Positions 15,333 to 25,336 of a stretch of DNA of 34,964 nt are shown piece by piece. Source of the DNA: a virus (Duplodnaviria; Caudoviricetes); the IMG/VR virus record IMGVR_UViG_3300016466_000672, positions 1-34,964 of that record; one strand, 5' to 3'. A model generated the notes under the pieces. That model saw only the letters and a program-made list of their open reading frames with translations. It did not search any database and was not told the origin of the DNA. A program made the position numbers and the translations under genes. Each line of letters begins with the position of its first letter. Within the stretch, counting starts at the first letter, position 1.

Positions 15333-16748
15333 CTAGTGCTCATCATCGTACTCCTTCCGGAGACTCATTCCCGAAATTCCACGCTCGTGGCCCTGCGACT
15401 CGCTCAGCCGCACCTGCCTCAAGTCCCAACTGCTGCCCTGCACCACCTTCAGCGGAAGCATGTTGTTGGCAATGTGCATCCTGATTCTGTTTGCCTTCGT
15501 CCACGCATCCCACTGCGACCTCACCATTCCGTTCGACACAAATCCGTCACGACGCCTCACAAATCGAGCCTCAAGAAACGCGTCGAACGGATTGTTCTGC
15601 AAGTGGTACATGTGCACGGCACGCTCAGCAGCCTTCGGCACCGGCCACCTGTCGCCAGCCTTGCTGTTCTCCAACCTGTTCGCACCGGCTACGGCCCACG
15701 CCGCAATGCCAGCCAACTCCTTGCTCAGCTCGCCCTCCAGGTCCAGGTCCTCCTTGCCCTCAAAGCTGACCTCGAACGGCAACACAAGCATCTTCCCGCT
15801 CAAACCCCTGCCCTTGTTCGGCAGGACCGGGATCTCGTTGCTCTGCATGATCACCGCCGCGTTCACCACCACGTTCCGCTGCTGCCTCATGTACTTCGCG
15901 TCCACCGTCATCGGATCCCGACCCACGATGTTCTTCACCACCCTGCACACCCGCTCACCGCTCTTCCCGTCCAACTCGCTCACCTCGTTGATGCTCAGCA
16001 CCTTCGTGCGCTCCAGCCCGTCCATGCCGAACCCGCCAGCCAAATCCTCAAGGCTCGCACCCATGAACGCGTCACGACCCACCAACCGCCGGATCACGCC
16101 GCTGATCGTGCCCTTTCCGCCCCTGATCTTCCCGTACATCAGCATCCAACGCGCGTACTTCCGGTTGCCCATCAGGCAGTATCCAACCCAGCGAGCAAGC
16201 AATTCCTCCCACACAGGGTCGCCTTCCCCCCATTCAGAAACAGCCTGCTTCCACCTCGGGCACACCGCATCCGGCTTGTAATCCACAGGCAGAATCGCCG
16301 TGTCAAACCACCGCGCCGGCCTCTCCATCGTTTCCAGCGTCCGCACGTTGACCAGCCGATCCCTGAACGCGACCGTCTCCCCCGTGGGAAACCGATCATC
16401 CGGCTCGTCCAGCCAAAGCGGAACCTCCTCCGCATCAATCCGCACCAATGCCTCAAGAGCACGAACTACCCCGTCAACCTTCTGCTTGTCAGGGCTGTAC
16501 CTCACGATCACCGGGCCGTTCTGGGTCTGCCGCTCGTAGAGCGCATCCTCCAGCACCAGCCATACGCGATCCCGGATGCGCTCCTCGTCGAGCACATGCC
16601 ACGTCCCGGCCTCCCAGGCCCACCAGTCATTCTTCCATCTCCACAATCCGCGCATCCCGCCAGGCGCGGTAAACTGTCTCTGCAGGATCCTCCTCGCGAC
16701 CTTCACGGGCTCGAGGGACTGCAGCGGGTTCTGCATCCATTCGGTCAT
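15333..16748 (-). CDS. P4/D5-family SF3 helicase (no N-terminal primase domain)
   Basis: D5_N-like FRDRLVNVRT...PVDYKPDAVCPRW, Walker A GKIRGGKGT, Walker B INE, motif C QSN; GAGGAG SD. Confidence 0.85.
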   Translation of the reverse strand: MTEWMQNPLQSLEPVKVARRILQRQFTAPGGMRGLWRWKNDWWAWEAGTWHVLDEERIRDRVWLVLEDALYERQTQNGPVIVRYSPDKQKVDGVVRALEALVRIDAEEVPLWLDEPDDRFPTGETVAFRDRLVNVRTLETMERPARWFDTAILPVDYKPDAVCPRWKQAVSEWGEGDPVWEELLARWVGYCLMGNRKYARWMLMYGKIRGGKGTISGVIRRLVGRDAFMGASLEDLAGGFGMDGLERTKVLSINEVSELDGKSGERVCRVVKNIVGRDPMTVDAKYMRQQRNVVVNAAVIMQSNEIPVLPNKGRGLSGKMLVLPFEVSFEGKEDLDLEGELSKELAGIAAWAVAGANRLENSKAGDRWPVPKAAERAVHMYHLQNNPFDAFLEARFVRRRDGFVSNGMVRSQWDAWTKANRIRMHIANNMLPLKVVQGSSWDLRQVRLSESQGHERGISGMSLRKEYDDEH

Positions 16749-16771
16749 GTTGTCTCCTCTCTGAGATCACA

Positions 16772-16799
16772 ATTATGGCAACTCCAGTCTCTCCGTCAA
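16772..16799 (-). promoter_or_regulatory. Sigma70-type promoter for the helicase, embedded in the start of the divergent gene
   Basis: Minus strand reads TTGACG-N16-CATAAT with an extended -10 TG. Confidence 0.55.
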
Positions 16800-17773
16800 G
16801 CGCCTACTTGACTTCTGCAACCGATTTCCGGGGTATTCCGATTTCGCAACTTCTTGCCGCCATCGGTTACTACGAGCCAACGCTTGCTGACGTGCAGGAA
16901 CAGCAGCGCCGATATCACGGGACCCCCTCGCGCCACGCGTCGTCCATGGGCGGCGCGCCGTCGAAGTCCGACCCCCGAAAGCGCGCGAAGGCATCCCGAC
17001 TTGAATCAGAACGCAGAGCAAGCGAACGATTCAAGGAAACCATGAAGGCTCGAAAGGAAAAGGCGCAGACCGCCGCAGCCGAGAAGAAGGCAAAGAAGGC
17101 AACGAGTGCCATCATGGGGCTGGTGGGGTCCATCACCGGTGGAGGCCCCGCCACCAAGAAGGCAACGTCCAAGAAGCCGTCTGAGCGGTTTCCGATGACC
17201 GTCGACGAGGCATCCGGTGCGATGATGCCGAGCCGCGCATACGAAGACCGGAGAACCTACTCCTCGAAGCCTGGCTACGTTGCGCCGGTCCGTGAACAGG
17301 AGCCCGTGTTTGAACGCGGACCAACCCCCACCCAGCTGATGCAGGCGACGCCTGAGCAGGTTTCGGAGGCTTCCGCACGGGGTGAGGAATGGGCCAGAAA
17401 GTACGCGTTCGGCGACGTCGACCTTCTCAAGCAGGGACTTGCCGAGCGAAGGGGTGAGTTCGGTCCTTCTCCCTATGCCCGTGGCTCGATCCCCGAGGAA
17501 CGTGCGTTCAACGAAGCAGCGAACCTTGCCCGTGACGTCGGATATTCCGGGGCCATGAAGGGACTGGAGATCCAGACGGAGAAGGCGCAGCGCGACTTTG
17601 AACGCGCACAGGCTCGTCTTCGCGACATTCAGCGTGCCGCGGACGCGCAGAGGCAGGCCGAGATCCAGGCGCAGATCGAGGGGATTGAGGCGATGCCGAC
17701 CGGAATGTTCGGCAACCTTACCCCGTCGAGCGTCTTCAATCCGAAGAAGCCCAGGCCCGCATACGTTCGGTGA
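16775..17773 (+). CDS. Hypothetical K/A/R-rich helical protein
   Basis: 332 aa with a histone-H1-like KAQTAAAEKKAKKATS / ATKKATSKK stretch; GTGA overlap with the next gene; start uncertain. Confidence 0.7.
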   Translation: MATPVSPSSAYLTSATDFRGIPISQLLAAIGYYEPTLADVQEQQRRYHGTPSRHASSMGGAPSKSDPRKRAKASRLESERRASERFKETMKARKEKAQTAAAEKKAKKATSAIMGLVGSITGGGPATKKATSKKPSERFPMTVDEASGAMMPSRAYEDRRTYSSKPGYVAPVREQEPVFERGPTPTQLMQATPEQVSEASARGEEWARKYAFGDVDLLKQGLAERRGEFGPSPYARGSIPEERAFNEAANLARDVGYSGAMKGLEIQTEKAQRDFERAQARLRDIQRAADAQRQAEIQAQIEGIEAMPTGMFGNLTPSSVFNPKKPRPAYVR

Positions 17774-18303
17774 CTCAGCAGCACGTCATCAGCTTCGGGC
17801 GCGGCGTCCGCTTGATGAGCGAGGCGTACTACATCCAGGAACTGCGCGCGTTCGGAATCGACAAGCCACGCGCGTTCCGCGCGCTGTGCCGCGCAATATG
17901 CTGCCCGATCATCGTGTTCGGAAGCACGGCCTTTGTTGATCCAGCCGTGTTCCAGGTGTGCATGAAGAACCTGTCTATCCCCGGCAGCTTCGACTTCAGC
18001 GCCCCGAACTCAAATGCGAAGCTGGACCCAAAGAAGCGTCCCTATGTCCGCAAGCAGGTGCCTGCAAAGGAAGTGAAGCGCAACTGGAGCGCCGTTGTCC
18101 GGGCAATCGTCGATTCGAGGCGGATGGCTGGCCTGCATTCCCCTCCGGCCGAAAAGGCCGCAATCAAGAGCGCTGCCGCCGAATTGACCCGTTTCGTGCT
18201 TACAATGATCCCGTCCAGCGAACAGGAGCAACGGGATGGCGCGAAAGACACAGGCACCGCTCAGTCCAATCGGCGAGATGCCGAATGCCAAGGAAGTCCT
18301 TGA
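17770..18303 (+). CDS. Hypothetical protein, possible winged-HTH N-terminus
   Basis: RAFRALCRAICCPIIVFGSTAFVD loosely resembles an excisionase-type helix plus wing. Confidence 0.6.
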   Translation: MTQQHVISFGRGVRLMSEAYYIQELRAFGIDKPRAFRALCRAICCPIIVFGSTAFVDPAVFQVCMKNLSIPGSFDFSAPNSNAKLDPKKRPYVRKQVPAKEVKRNWSAVVRAIVDSRRMAGLHSPPAEKAAIKSAAAELTRFVLTMIPSSEQEQRDGAKDTGTAQSNRRDAECQGSP

Positions 18304-19582
18304 TGTCCTCGATTCACTAGGGGGAACCTCGAACTCCGAGGCATCGGAGATCCGCGCTGCAATCTCATCGCTGGCAGAGAAGGGCAAGGTGCGACCGTCT
18401 GTTGCTGACAACCTTGCAACCGCCGTTGTCTACGCGCAGGATCAGATCCGCGGGGTGAGCAGCGCAACGTCCTTCAAGGGCGGAAGCGAGGGTCTGCAGG
18501 AGCGGTTCTTCGAGGGCCCGGAAGAGGCTCGTTCCGCGCTACGTCCCAAGTTCTCGAGCCGCAAGCAGCTCCGTGCCGAATACCGTTCCGCGCTCCCGGC
18601 CGAATACCGGAACCTGATGCGCAAGGTGTTCACCAGCAAGCGCGGCCGCGACCTCGCGACCCGCGGATTCGAGAAGCGAGTCGAGACCGGCGAGTCCCCT
18701 GCCAACGTCCGCGCCGGTGAACGTCTTGCGACCCTCCGCTCCGCTGCTCGGTTCGGCGGACGCGTGCGTGAGCCCGGCACAAAGCCGGACGCTCCGAAGC
18801 CTGGCATTGCAGGACTGCGGGCGTTGTTCGTCAACCCCCGCCAGCGCGGGGAGGTGGCTGGTCTTCGCGTGACCCGCGGCGGCAAGGAGATCTCGACCAT
18901 CAAGCCCGTGGCTGAGCCGAGTGCGCGCTCCGTGAGCGAGGCGATGAAGCCGGTGCCCGAAGCCCCGCGCCTGCCGGGTCGCGTCGAGAATGCGCCGCTT
19001 GACCGCCTGCGCGCGACCGCCAACGATCCCAAGCAGCCCAAGCAGGTCCGTCTCATGGCCCGCAAGCTTGCCCGCGTCATCAGCGAGAGGCAGGCGGCGG
19101 AGTCCGCTCGTTACGGCAAGCGTGGTTCTGCAGCCGGTGAGGCATCAGCCATGAGCCGTGGCAAGCGAATCAAGCCACGCGTTCAGGAAACCAAGCCTGA
19201 GATGATCGGCGGCAAGATGCAACCCCGCAAGGTCGCGGTTATTGCGCCCCCCAAGTCTGAGGCGGCCCAGCGGATGCGGGCTGCAAACGAGGACCGGGAG
19301 ATGAACGAGTCGTTGATTCTTGGTGCGTTTACCGGCAAGCGTCGTGGCGCGATCAAGGGCGGAGGTGGTCTTCCTGGTAGGGGGAAGGAGGCGCTTCGCA
19401 TGCTCATGAAGCTCGAGGGCGCCCGCGTCCCGACCTACGAGGCAGACACCAAAGAGTTCAGTGAGGCCATGGACCGAAGGCGTCGCGCGCGTGCGCTTAC
19501 GGCGATGATGGTGGCCGCACGTGCGAAGGGCAAGACGGCTGCTCAGCAGATGCGAGGTATCGTGCGGAGGAAGAAGCGTTGA
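18236..19582 (+). CDS. Large Arg/Lys/Ala-rich basic protein
   Basis: 448 aa, very R/K-rich, ending GIVRRKKR; TTGA overlap with the next gene. Confidence 0.75.
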   Translation: MARKTQAPLSPIGEMPNAKEVLDVLDSLGGTSNSEASEIRAAISSLAEKGKVRPSVADNLATAVVYAQDQIRGVSSATSFKGGSEGLQERFFEGPEEARSALRPKFSSRKQLRAEYRSALPAEYRNLMRKVFTSKRGRDLATRGFEKRVETGESPANVRAGERLATLRSAARFGGRVREPGTKPDAPKPGIAGLRALFVNPRQRGEVAGLRVTRGGKEISTIKPVAEPSARSVSEAMKPVPEAPRLPGRVENAPLDRLRATANDPKQPKQVRLMARKLARVISERQAAESARYGKRGSAAGEASAMSRGKRIKPRVQETKPEMIGGKMQPRKVAVIAPPKSEAAQRMRAANEDREMNESLILGAFTGKRRGAIKGGGGLPGRGKEALRMLMKLEGARVPTYEADTKEFSEAMDRRRRARALTAMMVAARAKGKTAAQQMRGIVRRKKR

Positions 19583-20007
19583 GAAAGTTGCCTGCAGTCC
19601 CAGGCGAGGAAGTAATCCGCTCGTACTTCGGGCTCGATGGGGTTGCGCTCGCGCTCCAGCAGTCCAATTGGGAGGTGCGGGAGGAGGTCGAGAGGCTGGT
19701 GGAGTTCAGCCGTGACTCCGACCCGAAGGTTGCCATGGCGGCGATGAAGCAATTGAGGGGCGTGGTGCGCGAGACGGCTGAGATCAACGGTATCATCCAG
19801 AGCCAGAACGCCGAGATCACGCATTCCGAGGGCAACCAGACCGTCAAGATCAGCGCATCGGCAAAGCTGGTCCAGTCCCTGAAAGAGACCACCAATCATG
19901 TCAAAGTCCCAGACAGTCTTCCCTTCGCAGCCCAGTTCCTCCCCGCCCGAGATTCCGGACCACCTGCTTCGGGTGTTCGAGACGATCAGCAACCTCGCGC
20001 CAAGTGA
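19579..20007 (+). CDS. Putative terminase small subunit
   Basis: Position shortly upstream of TerL, and the helical ERLVEFSRDSDPKVAMAAMKQL pattern. Confidence 0.4.
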   Translation: MRKLPAVPGEEVIRSYFGLDGVALALQQSNWEVREEVERLVEFSRDSDPKVAMAAMKQLRGVVRETAEINGIIQSQNAEITHSEGNQTVKISASAKLVQSLKETTNHVKVPDSLPFAAQFLPARDSGPPASGVRDDQQPRAK

Positions 20008-20236
20008 GTGCTATCGGCTGGGCGGCGCAATTCTTCAGGACATCGGGATTGCGGAGCCAAGTCTTTTCCGGAAGGCGGAACCGCAGGAAATCGGTGAGAT
20101 GTTCAGGCAGAACATCAAGCCGGATGCTCATTGGCTGTCGGTGTGCTCCGACCTCTCCCGTTTCATGAATGATCCGAGGATGATGGCTGTTGCGCTGCTG
20201 CGCATCTCTGCGATCAGGCTGGTGGGCAAGGGTTGA
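19898..20236 (+). CDS. Hypothetical protein (start uncertain)
   Basis: Fills the gap before TerL with a TTGA overlap. Confidence 0.55.
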   Translation: MSKSQTVFPSQPSSSPPEIPDHLLRVFETISNLAPSECYRLGGAILQDIGIAEPSLFRKAEPQEIGEMFRQNIKPDAHWLSVCSDLSRFMNDPRMMAVALLRISAIRLVGKG

Positions 20237-22176
20237 GCGTCGTCCGGATCGAGCGCAACGGCAACGATTTCTACCCGCTTCCGCCGGACTACCTGGATCT
20301 GACGCCCGAGGGCCAGCGCATGGCCCGCGTCAACGCATGCAGGCAATGGCTGGTGGGGGGTGAGCCGAACGAGCGCGCCCATGCGCTCGCGGCAGCGATC
20401 AACTTCTTCGACCGCTACTACCTGTACCCGGACTGGGACGAGGAGTTCAACCCGTACTTCTACGACGATGATCCCATCGAATCACCGCTGGGGCACTTCG
20501 CCATCTACCGGCTTTGGGCGCTTGCGTCAAGAAGCGTCGCGATTGCCCCGCGTGGCTTTGCCAAGAGCAATTGTTTCAGGAAGTCGGCACTCCTTCAAAT
20601 GGTTAGCCGCCCGGCTTACTCCTTCATCTACGCAACGAGCAGCATCGACAACGCAGAGCAGACGAGCCAGGTCCTGAAGACGCAGTTCATCGCGAACCAG
20701 CGGCTCATCGACGATTGGGGACCGGAGTTCCCCGACGGTCGGCTGACGCCGAAGAGGGGTGAGCGTTCGTTCGGCGTGGAGATGATGTACCTGAACAACG
20801 GCAGTTGGTTCCGGGCCATCAGTGCGGAGAGCCGTCAGCGTGGCGGTCGTCCCCGCGTCTACGCGCTTGACGATCCGGAGTACGACCCGAAGGCCAGCAC
20901 CAGCATGAGCGTGTTGCGTTCATACATGGAGCGGCTGCTGTTCAAGGTTGTCATGCCGATGGTCACGCGGCGCGACACGAGCGTTCGGTGGCTAGCCACG
21001 TTCGTGAGCCGTCGCCACTATGCGTGGCATGCCATGGAAACGGTCCCGAGTCCGTCTGGCCCGGTTGCGAAGGATGCTCGTTTCGACCAGTGGGCGCGCT
21101 TGGTGCTGAAGGCGGAGTACGAGGAAGATGGCATCCGCAAGAGTTGCTGGCCCGGGATGTGGCCGCTTGACCGAAAGTCGCGTGATGCGGACCCGAAGCT
21201 GAAGGGGCTCGTGAGCCTGGAGGAGATCCGGGAGCTGATCGGCACGCACAACTACCTGGCCGAGTACCTGGCGCAGCCCGGCGAGGCGGAGGACATGCAC
21301 TTCGGCGAGGTGACGACCGAGAAGCATGGGTGGTGGTTGGAGCAGCCTGACGCGGAGTTTGACCTTGAGCCACGCAACAGCAACGCCACGATCTGCTGGC
21401 GAGGCAAGGGCGGGGTCGAGGAGAAGATGCCGGTGCAGCAGTTCCTCAAGGACCGGGTGCGGATGTTCATCACGGTCGACACCAGCTACACGAACACGAG
21501 CGACAGTGACTACAAGGTCTGCACGCTGCTGGGCTACGACCCCGTTGACGCATGCCTGTTCGTGTTGGACACATGGGGCGCGCAGTGCCGTGAGCAGATG
21601 CTGATCGAGAAGTCGTTCGCGATGGCTGGCAGGTGGGGGTGCCCGACGATCCACCCCGAGGTGGTCAGGCAGTCGTTTGGCCTGTACACGGCCATGGAGT
21701 CAATGGTGCGCCAGAAGGCATCGGAAGTGACCGGGTTGACCCCACCACGGATCATCCCGCTGCGGGTGGGCACGCTGGACAAGACCAGCAAGATCAACGC
21801 CCTGCACTACCGGTTTGAGCACGGGCTCATCAAGTTCCCAACGTGGCGCAGGGGCCAATTGCCGTGGCGCATGCTGTTCGACCAGATCGAGCAGTTCAAC
21901 CCGGATGCCGACAGTGGCGGCTTGCAGCACGACGACTTTATCGACACGGTGGCGATGAGCATGTTCGTGGTCCGTGGTCGGCTTGACCGGCAGAACCCCA
22001 CCAACGGTTCCGAGGGCATGGACTTTGAGCGGATGCTTGAGGACGGCAGCATCCGCGACAATATGGCCGGTGGGGTCCCCGCGGTCGAGGCGATGGATTT
22101 CAGCAGCATGTCGATGGACTCGCTAATGAACGCAATGAGAGAGGAAACCAATGCAAAACGAGGTTCGCGCGTCTAA
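20233..22176 (+). CDS. terL: Terminase large subunit
   Basis: Walker A APRGFAKS, RGGRP..YALDDPE Walker B, nuclease acidic residues ITVD, SDY and HDDFID. Confidence 0.93.
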   Translation: MSVVRIERNGNDFYPLPPDYLDLTPEGQRMARVNACRQWLVGGEPNERAHALAAAINFFDRYYLYPDWDEEFNPYFYDDDPIESPLGHFAIYRLWALASRSVAIAPRGFAKSNCFRKSALLQMVSRPAYSFIYATSSIDNAEQTSQVLKTQFIANQRLIDDWGPEFPDGRLTPKRGERSFGVEMMYLNNGSWFRAISAESRQRGGRPRVYALDDPEYDPKASTSMSVLRSYMERLLFKVVMPMVTRRDTSVRWLATFVSRRHYAWHAMETVPSPSGPVAKDARFDQWARLVLKAEYEEDGIRKSCWPGMWPLDRKSRDADPKLKGLVSLEEIRELIGTHNYLAEYLAQPGEAEDMHFGEVTTEKHGWWLEQPDAEFDLEPRNSNATICWRGKGGVEEKMPVQQFLKDRVRMFITVDTSYTNTSDSDYKVCTLLGYDPVDACLFVLDTWGAQCREQMLIEKSFAMAGRWGCPTIHPEVVRQSFGLYTAMESMVRQKASEVTGLTPPRIIPLRVGTLDKTSKINALHYRFEHGLIKFPTWRRGQLPWRMLFDQIEQFNPDADSGGLQHDDFIDTVAMSMFVVRGRLDRQNPTNGSEGMDFERMLEDGSIRDNMAGGVPAVEAMDFSSMSMDSLMNAMREETNAKRGSRV

Positions 22177-22399
22177 TCCCCTGTATGTCACGATTCCTTT
22201 CGTATACTTCCAAATGCTGGCCCAGGCGTATTATGGGCAGCACGAGGCGGACGAGGTGCAGGCAACCCCCACTGACCAGAAGGTTCCGATGCCGGATCCG
22301 ACTCCGATGTCTTCGTTCAACCTCAAGGGCGTTCAGCTCTTCGAGGAGATGCCGCCCGGATGGAAGCCGCTGAGGAAGCGAAAGACCAATGGCGAGTGA
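22151..22399 (+). CDS. Small hypothetical protein between terminase and portal
   Basis: GAGG SD; overlaps both neighbours. Confidence 0.65.
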   Translation: MQNEVRASNPLYVTIPFVYFQMLAQAYYGQHEADEVQATPTDQKVPMPDPTPMSSFNLKGVQLFEEMPPGWKPLRKRKTNGE

Positions 22400-24398
22400 C
22401 GCATACACGCTGCCAACCGACAAGCGACTGCTTGGTCGGATCATCGACCAGCATGTCGAGCGCGAGCTGTCGAAGCTGACGTATCGGCGCACTCTGTGGA
22501 TCCTGGCGTGGTACTACCTGAACGGCTTCAGGCGTTTTGACGTCTTCGATCCGCGTACCGCCCGCGTTGTGCCGTACTACCTCGACGAAGAAGGCAACAT
22601 GGAGTTCCAGAGCACGGAGCTCTTGTCCATCGTGGACAAGACGACCGCGCGACTGAATACCATGGATCTCCGCCCGAAGGCACTAAGGCAGGGATACAGT
22701 CTTGCAGGGATTCGGGAGCGCAGCGTCGCGCAGCTCGTGGCAGATGCGGTTGTGAGCGATCAGCAACTTGAGAAGGTCAAGCGGGAATTCAACTACCTTT
22801 TCTCCCTGCTTGGCAGTGCCGGCATCACGGGCCACATTGTTGATCACCCGACCATCGGACTGACCAGCGATCTGGAGGTTGTGCACCCTAAGGAACTGCT
22901 TCCGTTCCCGAGCCTCGGCATGGACCACACGAAGACTCGCGGATTGATCCGCCAGCGCGTCGTGCCGATGACGTTCCTGCAAGAGCGTTTCGGGAAGGCA
23001 AAGCTCGAGAAGAACAAGGAGCAGATGGATGCGTGGAGCTGGGAATACGGACATGACATGGAAGAACCCGCCGACAGTCCGGGCAACGGGTACGTCCTCA
23101 ACTCGGCGAGCACGGGGGCGCTGAACGGCGTTCCAGGCTCGAACGAGATGGAGGTCGTGAAGGTGCGGGAACTGTGGATGGACGGTCCTCGCGGCACGGT
23201 CAGCCGATACGTTGTGTCCAGCGGGGACGTCGTGCTCGAGGATCGCGACCTGAGCGAAGTCGAGACATACTGCCCCATCGGATTTGCGCGGTTCATGGAC
23301 AACGGCACGTTCCATGGCGCAGGCCTTTTCGACCTGATGTTCGGCATCGTGCGCGAGATGGAGCGCATGCTGAAGAGCCTGTTCAACAACGTGCGTGACA
23401 TCGACAAGTACGGTGTTCTCGTCATGCCGCAGGGCACGTTGAACGAGCGCGCGGTGATGCGCGACATCGGAAAGGGACTGCGGTACGTCAACTACAGCAA
23501 GGACGCGCTGCTGGGCGACGACTTCCGGCCGCTGGTGATTCAGCCATTCAATGCGGGTGACGTGCCCGGAAAGGTTGCTCAGTTCGCCAAGAGCATTTCC
23601 GACGGACTGAGCCCCGTGCAGGACCTGATCGCTGAGAAGGGTCGGGTGGACAGCGCAAGCGGACTTCAGTTCCTTGACGAGCAGATCAGCAAGGCGATGA
23701 CGAACCCCACCAGCGGGGTGCAGGCCGCTTTCGGCGGGATGTACAAGAGCCTTGTGGCGAAGGCGAGCCGCGAAATGCTGTTGAGCGACCGTGCCCTGCC
23801 AGTCAATCGACTGACGCTTGAACTTGCAGGTGCGGTGATTGATCCCGAAGAGGGGACGGTCAACTTCAAGAAGAACCCGATTCCCAACTTCAGCCAGATC
23901 TCATTCACGGTGCGGGACACTGCGCCGAAGAGCGAGGTCGTGCGCAAGCAAGAGGCGATGGGCATGCTGCAGGCAGGCATGACCGACCCCGAGGGCGTGA
24001 AGCTGTTTGCGCTGAAGGAGGGAATCGACTTCGCGCTGTGGATGGAGGAGGAGAAGAGCGCTTACGAAAGCGTGATCCGCAACATCCTGCTGTTGTACGG
24101 CGACGGCACCACGACGCAGCAGATTGTGCTGACCCCGCACACCACTCGTCCTGATCTGCAGCTCAGGGTCCTGAGCGCGTTCATGGCAAACCCGATCATG
24201 GCATTGGCAAGTCCTGCGGTGCAGGATGCGTTCAAGGCCTACCGTGAGTCCCTGATCTCGTTCATGGGACAGTCCCTACCCGCCATGGTCCCGAATCCCG
24301 ACGACGTCGCCATCGTGGCTCCCCAGCAACAGGCTGGTGGGGTGGCAGGTCGGATTGGTCCCATGGCACAACCACCTCAAGGAGCGATGAATGTCTGA
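22389..24398 (+). CDS. Portal (head-tail connector) protein
   Basis: 669 aa in the canonical position between TerL and scaffold; FHGAGLFD, GRVDSASG and a Q/P-rich tail typical of podovirus-type portals. Confidence 0.85.
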   Translation: MASDAYTLPTDKRLLGRIIDQHVERELSKLTYRRTLWILAWYYLNGFRRFDVFDPRTARVVPYYLDEEGNMEFQSTELLSIVDKTTARLNTMDLRPKALRQGYSLAGIRERSVAQLVADAVVSDQQLEKVKREFNYLFSLLGSAGITGHIVDHPTIGLTSDLEVVHPKELLPFPSLGMDHTKTRGLIRQRVVPMTFLQERFGKAKLEKNKEQMDAWSWEYGHDMEEPADSPGNGYVLNSASTGALNGVPGSNEMEVVKVRELWMDGPRGTVSRYVVSSGDVVLEDRDLSEVETYCPIGFARFMDNGTFHGAGLFDLMFGIVREMERMLKSLFNNVRDIDKYGVLVMPQGTLNERAVMRDIGKGLRYVNYSKDALLGDDFRPLVIQPFNAGDVPGKVAQFAKSISDGLSPVQDLIAEKGRVDSASGLQFLDEQISKAMTNPTSGVQAAFGGMYKSLVAKASREMLLSDRALPVNRLTLELAGAVIDPEEGTVNFKKNPIPNFSQISFTVRDTAPKSEVVRKQEAMGMLQAGMTDPEGVKLFALKEGIDFALWMEEEKSAYESVIRNILLLYGDGTTTQQIVLTPHTTRPDLQLRVLSAFMANPIMALASPAVQDAFKAYRESLISFMGQSLPAMVPNPDDVAIVAPQQQAGGVAGRIGPMAQPPQGAMNV

Positions 24399-25296
24399 AG
24401 AACAGAATCCCCAGAACGAAGAAGCGATTGACCTCGACACCGAGTTGGAGTTTGAGGACGGAACGACTGCCACGCTCGGAGAAATTCTCCGGGCACAGCA
24501 GGAAGCGGCTGAAGCTGCCGAACAGGCTCAGCAGCAGGTGATCGGTCTTGAGCGTTTCAGGGAGAACGCGACCCGTCTTATGCGCGGCGAGGGCGCCGAT
24601 GAGCAGGCTGCGTACGAGGTTCTTCGTGGCGCCGGATTTAGCGACGAAGAAGCCAAGCAGTACGCCATGGAGTACGTGAATGACGAGACTGGCCGGAACG
24701 AGGAGACCGACATGGAGGATGACGTTGACGAGGCCCAGATTGAGAAGATGCTGAGGCGGACTACTGCCAAGGCTGAAAGTCAGGCCGACGCCGCCATGCG
24801 GGAGGCTCGTGACCTTCGGCTTCGGCTTCTGAAGGAAGAAATGGATCGTCGGGTCGTCGAGAGCATTGACAGGAACCCCGAGATCGTTAAGATGCTGGAA
24901 ACGCTCGACAAGACCCGTGGCCGCGAGCACGCGGCGGGTGCCTGGCGAGCTCTGCAGGAGCAGGTCCGCGAGGCCACCCTGAAGAACCTCTACAGCCGGC
25001 GAGACGCCGAAGGTGGACGGTTCAACGAGGATTGGGTCGCTGACGAGGCTGCGAAGGCAGCCAGCGCGATTGCAGGAAATTATCGCACGGTCATCGGCGA
25101 CATTGATGCCCTCGGGCGGTCGCCGGAAACAGATGGCGAGCTCGAGACGTTGCGTTCGCAGAAGCCCGTGGCACCGCCCGAATACAAGAAGGGCATGGAC
25201 CGTGGGGCTGCAGATGCAGCTGTTCGTAGTTTCAATGTTGACGCGTTGAGCCGCCTTGCCCTCGAATCAGAGGCTGGTGGGGAAACGAAGGTCTGA
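24391..25296 (+). CDS. Capsid scaffolding protein
   Basis: Highly acidic, helical 301-aa protein immediately upstream of the capsid gene; AAGGAG SD. Confidence 0.75.
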   Translation: MSEEQNPQNEEAIDLDTELEFEDGTTATLGEILRAQQEAAEAAEQAQQQVIGLERFRENATRLMRGEGADEQAAYEVLRGAGFSDEEAKQYAMEYVNDETGRNEETDMEDDVDEAQIEKMLRRTTAKAESQADAAMREARDLRLRLLKEEMDRRVVESIDRNPEIVKMLETLDKTRGREHAAGAWRALQEQVREATLKNLYSRRDAEGGRFNEDWVADEAAKAASAIAGNYRTVIGDIDALGRSPETDGELETLRSQKPVAPPEYKKGMDRGAADAAVRSFNVDALSRLALESEAGGETKV

Positions 25297-25336
25297 TCCA
25301 TCGCACACCGTGCCGTCCTAAGGACGGAGAACAATA

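Noticed and set aside
15315-16811. 498-aa plus-strand ORF
   Set aside because: Antisense shadow of the helicase gene, with H/P/R/L-rich composition typical of GC-rich reverse frames and no motifs.
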